This document shows positions 58,113 to 64,000 of a stretch of DNA of 64,000 nt, piece after piece. Positions within the stretch are counted from its first letter, which is position 1. Each line of letters opens with the position of its first letter. A model generated the notes under the pieces. The model ran no database searches and was not told where the DNA came from. It saw only the letters and a list, made by a program, of their open reading frames with translations. Source of the stretch: a candidate division WOR-3 bacterium (GTDB lineage Bacteria; Hydrothermota; 32-111); the NCBI GenBank assembly GCA_037481815.1, contig JBBFKX010000001.1:773826-837825 (forward strand), in the 5' to 3' direction. A program made the translations under genes and the position numbers.

Positions 58113-58955
58113 ATGAAAAATTTTTTTTCATATTTAAAAGAGATAAAAATTTTTGTTTTCAGGAAAGATTTTTTCACAATAACTTTTTATGCACTCTGGT
58201 CTGTTTTTCTTTTATACAACAGTGAATTTTTATATCCATTAACGATGTGGTTATACTTTTCTCTACTTTCACTTTTTCTTGTACCAATATTCTTTTATAT
58301 CAGTTTGAATGAAGAAAAATTGTTTTTAAAAGTACTTTTTATTTTTGTTTTTATCTCTTCAATCATTTTATCTTTTTATATAGTAAATCTCAAAGGAGCA
58401 AAAAGAGAGATCGGAAGAAATGAAATCATTAACGGAATTTTAATCATATACTTTTTCTTTTTTATTCTATACTTTTTCTTGAACAGAAAGTTCAGTTTAA
58501 AAAAATTCAACATAAGTTTTAAAGATAAAAAAAATTCTTTTATTATGATCGTTATCTCAATAATAATAATTACTCCAATCATATTTTTCGTTTCAAAAAA
58601 TCCTCAGTTCAAATCTGTTTACCCTCTTTTTAAAGTGATGAAAAACTCAACTTATGATTTTATAAGATACGAGTTCGCATTTTTATACTTTTTCTTTTTC
58701 TGGGAATTCTATTTCAGGGGAATAATGCTAAAATCTTTTAAAGAAGTTTTTAATGATGATTTTGTCGCTATAATTTTACAATCCCTTATTTTTACCTTTT
58801 TACATTTCGGAAAACCTGGGCTTGAAACTCTATCTTCCTTTTTTGGAGGTTTTATTCTTGGATTTTTTTCCCTTAAACTGAATTCTATCTTTCCCGCATT
58901 CTTTCTACACTTTTATATCTCTTTTCTTATGGATGTTTTATCCATATATTTCTAA
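58113..58955 (+). CDS. CPBP (CAAX/Abi) family intramembrane metalloprotease
   Basis: WEFYFRG, F..LHFGKP.E and a downstream His in a polytopic membrane protein. Confidence 0.82.
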   Translation: MKNFFSYLKEIKIFVFRKDFFTITFYALWSVFLLYNSEFLYPLTMWLYFSLLSLFLVPIFFYISLNEEKLFLKVLFIFVFISSIILSFYIVNLKGAKREIGRNEIINGILIIYFFFFILYFFLNRKFSLKKFNISFKDKKNSFIMIVISIIIITPIIFFVSKNPQFKSVYPLFKVMKNSTYDFIRYEFAFLYFFFFWEFYFRGIMLKSFKEVFNDDFVAIILQSLIFTFLHFGKPGLETLSSFFGGFILGFFSLKLNSIFPAFFLHFYISFLMDVLSIYF

Positions 58956-59861
58956 AATTGGAGCATATTTTTTCTTGATTCTCTCGTTCAACAACTTTCC
59001 CGACTTTATGTTTGAAATTTCCTCTTTTACTTTATCCTTTATTCCATTAAGCAAGGTATCAAGAACCTCGATCAATATTTGATGGTCATTTTCATAGAAA
59101 AGTCCAAGTGTATAGATGTATTCATCCTGCTCATTTTTAAACTCAAGGTTTATCTTTATCTCTTTTTTGAAAAGCACAAAAAATATATTTTCATTGTAAA
59201 GATCTCTTAAAATTTTTTTCTTTTCTTTTTCTTTCAAAATTAGAATCCACTCTCTTGAAATTCTGCTTTTTGAAACATTTTTAAAAAGTTCTTTTTCATT
59301 TAAAGATTTTTTTAAATCTATCAGAGTATTTTCATCATAATTAAAATTAAACCTTTCTTTGTATTTAAAAAATCTAAAGACCCTTGTTGGATCCTCTATA
59401 AAAAGATTTTCTCTGTTTTCTCTTATAATTTTATTTTCAATATCCTTGATACCATTTAATGGATCTAAATAGTTATGCTCTTTTAAAGAAAATGCAATAC
59501 TGTTGATTGTGAAATCTCTCCTTTTAATATCATCCAATATTGTTCCTTTTGAAAGTTCGGGTAACATTCCATTTTCAGGATAGTATTCCTTTCTTGTGAA
59601 AATTATATCAAAAGATGAATCATCAAGAACAAATTTGTATGTTTTTAATTTTGATTTTGTTTCTTTTATAATCTTTTTTCCAAAATAAAGTTTAAAATAG
59701 GAAACAAACTTCTCAATATCTCCTTCAACAACAATATCTACATCGCAAAAATCATCAAAACCAAGGAATTTATCCCTGATGACACCGCCTATTAAATAAA
59801 CACTAAAATCTTTTGATTTCGGGATATTGTTCAGATGAGTTAAAATCTCATTAAATTTCAT
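58938..59861 (-). CDS. Class II tRNA nucleotidyltransferase (CCA- or A-adding)
   Basis: GGVIRD...DVD, RKEYY, RRDFTIN, DPLNG..D and EDPTR motifs. Confidence 0.85.
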   Translation of the reverse strand: MKFNEILTHLNNIPKSKDFSVYLIGGVIRDKFLGFDDFCDVDIVVEGDIEKFVSYFKLYFGKKIIKETKSKLKTYKFVLDDSSFDIIFTRKEYYPENGMLPELSKGTILDDIKRRDFTINSIAFSLKEHNYLDPLNGIKDIENKIIRENRENLFIEDPTRVFRFFKYKERFNFNYDENTLIDLKKSLNEKELFKNVSKSRISREWILILKEKEKKKILRDLYNENIFFVLFKKEIKINLEFKNEQDEYIYTLGLFYENDHQILIEVLDTLLNGIKDKVKEEISNIKSGKLLNERIKKKYAPILEIYG

Positions 59862-59889
59862 AAAAAAAGGGGGAATTTTATCCCCCTTT
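59862..59889 (-). terminator. Intrinsic terminator-like hairpin
   Basis: Minus strand AAAGGGGGA-TAAAAT-TCCCCC followed by T7, 5 nt after the stop of the 59895-61478 gene. Confidence 0.75.
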
Positions 59890-59894
59890 AAATT

Positions 59895-61478
59895 TTACAA
59901 TCTCTTCTTTGCTTTCTCTAAATATTTCTGTGCTTTTTCATGTTTTGGATCTATTTTCAAAACGGCCTCAAACTTTGCAACTGCCGTCTTGTAATCACCG
60001 GCAAGATATGCTGCATATCCTTCTTCGTAAAGTTTGTTTGGATCGGCTGTTTGTTTTGTCTCTTTTGGTTTTTCAACAGTTTTCTGTTCTTCTTTCTGCT
60101 GCTGTTTTTTCAGTTCATCTATATGCTGTTTTGCCTCACTATTTTTTGGATCAAGAAGTAAAAGGTTGTTCCATTCAGAAATCGCTGATTTAATCCATCC
60201 TTTTGCTTCGTATGAAAGTGCATTCTCTCTATATGTTTTTATCATCTGTTGTTTTTTTGTGTTTGCTTCCTGCATATAAGCAAGAACAGTTGGATCATCC
60301 GGTGCAAGTTTTATCGCCTCATTTAGTTTTGAAAGGGCACCAACTATATCTCCTTTATTTAAAAGTGTTTTTGCATCCTTTGCAAGTTGTATCGCTTTAT
60401 CATGGTTTATCTTTTCGGTATCATCCTTTTTGTTCAATTTCACATTGAGTTCCGTGGTAACTCCAGAAGAGACAGTGAATATTCTTTTTTGCCATTTGTA
60501 TCCATTAGCTTCAATTTTTAAAGTATATTTTCCAGGTTTTATCTGTAACTTTTTATATCCACCTGTTAAACTTATCGGCTGGATATTTGTTTCCTCAAAA
60601 GTCAATGTTGCATCAAGAAGTTTATCATTTGAAGCATCAACAACATTAACAATTAAAGTTCCCATACTTTCTTTTTTTGGTCCACCAAAATTTATCGTAT
60701 AATTTGCTCCGATCTCGATCCTTGGTTTTAAAGCAGGATCACCTGATGTGAAAAGTTCAGCATGTGTTAATCCAAACACAACATTCAAATCTTTCAGATT
60801 ATATTTCAAACCAAGGTTAACATCCCTTCCCGTCACATCTCCAAGGAAACTCAGCCCATAAACTATTGGTATTTCTGCACCACCAAAGAAACTGAACATA
60901 AACTCGTTTGCACCATTTTCAAGTGTCTGTTCATCGAAAAGAATCGAAGTTGAAAGATATTTTCCTCTTCCATAACCAACGAATTCTCCTCTCCCAAGAC
61001 CCAAGGTATATTTACCAAAATTTTTGAAATCTTTTGTTGCAACAATGTATAGCGAGAACCAATCCTGTGACCTCAAACTATAATTATGATCTGAAAGACC
61101 TATAGCGCTTGTATCTCCTCCTCCCCCTTCATCTATATATTTTCTATATGTTATATTTCTAATACCTGCTGAAATTGATGGGAGATTTCCTTTCGGTTTT
61201 AAAAAGTTGTACTGGAAATCTATAGTATAATCTTTGTATGTTAGCATATTCAAAGTCACATCAAACATGTCAAGAAGACCATACGAGAAAAATAGATTGT
61301 AAGTGAAAGGTACATCATCGTTTCTTAAAGCAGATGATAAAGAAAAATCTATGCCAAAAGAAAATTCACCATTTTTTTGTATTTCTGCTGTTGGAATATC
61401 TAAAAGTCCATTTGAATTTGCAAATGGATAAAGAGAAACAAAAATTAAAAGTACAAATATTGATAATCCCCTCTTCAT
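59895..61478 (-). CDS. Exported protein: beta-barrel-like N-domain, PEGA/carboxypeptidase-regulatory-like domain and TPR repeats
   Basis: Signal peptide; GLLDIPTA start (YjbH-like); GTLIVNV..PGKYTLKIEA.GY; C-terminal TPRs (LAPDD, LDPKN, IDPKH). Confidence 0.7.
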   Translation of the reverse strand: MKRGLSIFVLLIFVSLYPFANSNGLLDIPTAEIQKNGEFSFGIDFSLSSALRNDDVPFTYNLFFSYGLLDMFDVTLNMLTYKDYTIDFQYNFLKPKGNLPSISAGIRNITYRKYIDEGGGGDTSAIGLSDHNYSLRSQDWFSLYIVATKDFKNFGKYTLGLGRGEFVGYGRGKYLSTSILFDEQTLENGANEFMFSFFGGAEIPIVYGLSFLGDVTGRDVNLGLKYNLKDLNVVFGLTHAELFTSGDPALKPRIEIGANYTINFGGPKKESMGTLIVNVVDASNDKLLDATLTFEETNIQPISLTGGYKKLQIKPGKYTLKIEANGYKWQKRIFTVSSGVTTELNVKLNKKDDTEKINHDKAIQLAKDAKTLLNKGDIVGALSKLNEAIKLAPDDPTVLAYMQEANTKKQQMIKTYRENALSYEAKGWIKSAISEWNNLLLLDPKNSEAKQHIDELKKQQQKEEQKTVEKPKETKQTADPNKLYEEGYAAYLAGDYKTAVAKFEAVLKIDPKHEKAQKYLEKAKKRL

Positions 61479-61497
61479 AACAACTCCTTTTTTAAAA

Positions 61498-61525
61498 ATA
61501 TTAAGATAAAAAAAATTTTTGTCAA
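61498..61525 (-). promoter_or_regulatory. Putative sigma70 promoter
   Basis: TTGACA-N16-TAATAT; AAGGAG SD before 61478. Confidence 0.5.
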
Positions 61526-61541
61526 TACTAAAGATTTTTTA

Positions 61542-63114
61542 CTAATAAATAACAAATATCTTCTTTTTAATTTCTATTTTTCCATCTTTCAACTTTATAA
61601 AATAAACACCCTTTGATAAATTCTTCAAATTATATTGTTTTTCACCAGTTTCAATTTTACTTTCTCTGTATGTTTCTTTTCCTGTAATATCAAATATCCT
61701 GATTTCATTGTCACAACTGGTAATATTATAAATGATTTCTTTACCTGTAAATTTTATTTTTTCTTCTCTTTCATTTAACCTTTTTTCAACAACCTTATCT
61801 CCTAAAATTCCATTTTCCGGTAAAAATGTCAATATATAAAATCCACTGTTATCCAAAAGATAAATATAGAATTTGTAATCAAAATAATTACGAGAAAAAC
61901 AAACATCTTTTGTGAATCCTTCAGTATCATAATAGGCAACTTCTACAGGATTTAAAGGATTTGTTACATCTATAACCCTTAATCCTGCATCACCATCAGC
62001 GACAAGCGCATAATTTTTATTATATCCACGAATAATATAAACTCTTTGTGCGCTGCCTGGTGTATCATAATATCCAACTTCAACAGGTTTTGACGGATCT
62101 GTCACATCTATTATCCTCAATCCAGCATCAGAAGAAGCAACATAAGCATAATTATCAAAAACATACACTCCTCTAGCACTGGAAGGTGTATCATAATAAC
62201 TCACTTCAAAAGGTTTTACAGGATCTTGTATGTTTATTATCCTTAGACCCACCGAAGAAGCAACATAAGCATAATTATCCAGAACATACACTTTTTCAGG
62301 AAATCCATCTATAGAACAATATCCTAATTCAAATGGATTTGAAGGAGATGTCACATCTATTACTTTTAAACTTGAAGTAGTAATAAGATAGGCATAATTC
62401 TCTGAAATATAAACATCTTTAATATTTTCAGTTACCTCACAATATCCAATTTTGACAGGGTTTAAAGGATCAATGATGTCTAGGACTCTTAAAAGATTCC
62501 CTCCAGCAACAAAAGCATAATTTCCCGAAATATAAATATAGTAACCAATTGAATCATAATTACTTACTTCGAATGGATTTGAAGGATTCGTTACATCTAT
62601 TATTTTTAAATCCCCATTAGACACAACATAAGCGTAATTTCCCAATACAGAAACTGAAGTTATATCTCCGTAAGGTAGTATATATTCACTCACTTTAACA
62701 GGATTTGAAGGATTTGATACATCTACAATATTCAAAAGAGTTTCAGCAGTTAAATAGTAAACATAATTATTAAGAACAAATAATTTGCTTTTATAATAGG
62801 TTTCCATTTCTCCATCTAAAGAAATAGAACCTAAAACAACTGGATTCATATAATCAGAAACATTCAAAATAACTAAATTATTTTCAATACCAAGATATGC
62901 AAACGAGTCAACTACAAAAACATCCATAACAACACCAAAATATGGAATGCCACTAACTTTTTTGATATTCAAACTGTCAGTGGCCCCTTTTGTATTGGAA
63001 TATCTTTCATTTTCGAAAATATATTTTGAATTATCAATAAAATATTCTCTTTCAGCATATAAAAATACCCCTATTAATAAAAAAGATAATATTAGTAAAT
63101 TTTTTTTTATTCAT
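61542..63114 (-). CDS. LVIVD-repeat protein with a T9SS-type C-terminal domain; start ATG out of frame at an A9 tract
   Basis: LVIVD repeats and IFDITGK...LSKGVYFIK..KKIFVIY. AGGAG-ATG at 63114 is one base out of frame with the signal peptide and body. Confidence 0.8.
62131..62279. repeat. Exact 26-bp direct repeat inside the LVIVD gene
   Basis: GAAGAAGCAACATAAGCATAATTATC at 62131-62156 and 62254-62279; period 123 bp = 41 codons. Confidence 0.9.
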
Positions 63115-63252
63115 CTAAACTCCTTTTTAAAAAATTTAAACAAATTTCATTCCATTCTTTAAATATCATATTTACAAATAGATAACATAAGTATAAATTT
63201 TGAAAAAAAATTTTTATTTGCATTTTGCAAAAACTCTATATTTAAAACTTTT

Positions 63253-63999
63253 TCACCTCATTTTTATAATTTTTCTATTTATTATTTCTTCTCCTTTTCT
63301 CATCCTCACAAAATATACCCCATTTCCATATACATTCATATCTATTATGCCTTCTCTTCCCTTACTCTCATCCCGTTTTGCTATCACCCTACCCATCACA
63401 TCATACACCTCTATCTCAAATCTTTCCCCTTCTTTCACACTATAACACAAAACTCCTCCCCTGTATCTCAAACTCAACCCATCTCTATCTATCTCCTCTC
63501 CATCTATTCCACTAAAATATAACTCCCCTCTTATCACTCCTGTTGTCACCACTCTCTCATTCAACCATTCATCCTTTATCACTCCATTATCAACATATAC
63601 ACTATCTCCAACACTCACTGTTGGTCTATTACCCCCAGCGCTCAATTGCACCACCAGTTTATCTTTCCCATTATATCTCAACCACTTCGCACCATATATC
63701 TCTCCAAATTTATCTCTCCAGCTATGTCCTCCACTCAACCTCAACACCTCATCTATATTATCCTCCGTTATCTCCGGCATCGTTGTCTTCTCATTAAAAT
63801 ATACACTCACTATATTCCTGTCATATATACTTACATACTTCGCCGCTATCGAATCTATCTCCACTTTGTATCTGTATGCCCCTTTTAGCATCAATTTATA
63901 CCTGTTACTATCTCCATATATCCATGCACTATCAAGATATCTCCCAGAACTATCCCCCTTAAACCATATCTCTTTCCCCACTCTCTCCCCTACCCATAT
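63253..63999 (-). CDS. T9SS-type C-terminal-domain protein (5' part outside the window)
   Basis: Frame open to the window edge; ends IEVYDVMGRVI...GNGVYFVRM...RKIIKMR. Confidence 0.8.
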   Translation of the reverse strand: MWVGERVGKEIWFKGDSSGRYLDSAWIYGDSNRYKLMLKGAYRYKVEIDSIAAKYVSIYDRNIVSVYFNEKTTMPEITEDNIDEVLRLSGGHSWRDKFGEIYGAKWLRYNGKDKLVVQLSAGGNRPTVSVGDSVYVDNGVIKDEWLNERVVTTGVIRGELYFSGIDGEEIDRDGLSLRYRGGVLCYSVKEGERFEIEVYDVMGRVIAKRDESKGREGIIDMNVYGNGVYFVRMRKGEEIINRKIIKMR

Positions 64000-64000
64000 C

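Noticed and set aside
63217..63231. Palindrome TTTGCA-TTT-TGCAAA upstream of the LVIVD gene
   Set aside because: Single short AT-rich occurrence with no regulator nearby; cannot be distinguished from chance.
141..63888. Dozens of 60-140 aa ORFs antisense to or nested in long genes (e.g. 7222-7548, 12004-12345, 27199-27603, 46314-46739)
   Set aside because: They are shadows of well-supported genes on the other strand, with no motifs or SD.
61542..64000. CRISPR array or diversity-generating retroelement suggested by the repeats and skew
   Set aside because: The repeats are in-frame protein repeats without unique spacers; there is no reverse transcriptase or template/variable repeat pair in the window.

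Overview
A very AT-rich, gene-dense bacterial chromosomal window. It contains about 50 CDSs and four tRNAs, with no CRISPR array, rRNA, transposase or integrase visible. Several features point to a diderm of FCB-group/WOR-3/TA06 type (inference only): beta-barrel-like proteins, lipoproteins, and four proteins ending in a type IX secretion (T9SS) type-A-like C-terminal domain. From left to right the window holds: (i) a minus-strand run of secD, secF, a cNMP-binding protein, a secreted phospholipase D, three glycosyltransferases, a flippase-like protein, YfhO and a polyprenol-P-sugar synthase; (ii) a LolD/LolE/LolE/LolA-like/outer-membrane cluster behind bioY; (iii) yajC-fmt-purF and a large outer-membrane protein; (iv) malic enzyme and a small accessory cassette; (v) tRNA Pro-His-Arg-Lys behind rdgB; (vi) a tightly linked trio of an LVIVD/T9SS protein, a thioester alpha-2-macroglobulin and a tandem cyclase-STAND-TPR protein; (vii) pyrK-pyrD-pyrF-pyrE-yebC-ruvCAB-DUF2905-queA-tgt; (viii) nnr and envelope genes, a tRNA nucleotidyltransferase and two more T9SS-type cargo genes. 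The most notable observations are the macroglobulin/STAND-cyclase operon, a SecF with an inserted Ig-like domain followed in frame by an ATG-less cNMP domain, a secreted LVIVD gene split from its signal peptide at an A9 tract, tRNA-Pro overlapping the rdgB stop codon, and recurring 16-bp-spacer promoters, several apparently leaderless. All calls come from motif recognition by eye; no searches were run.
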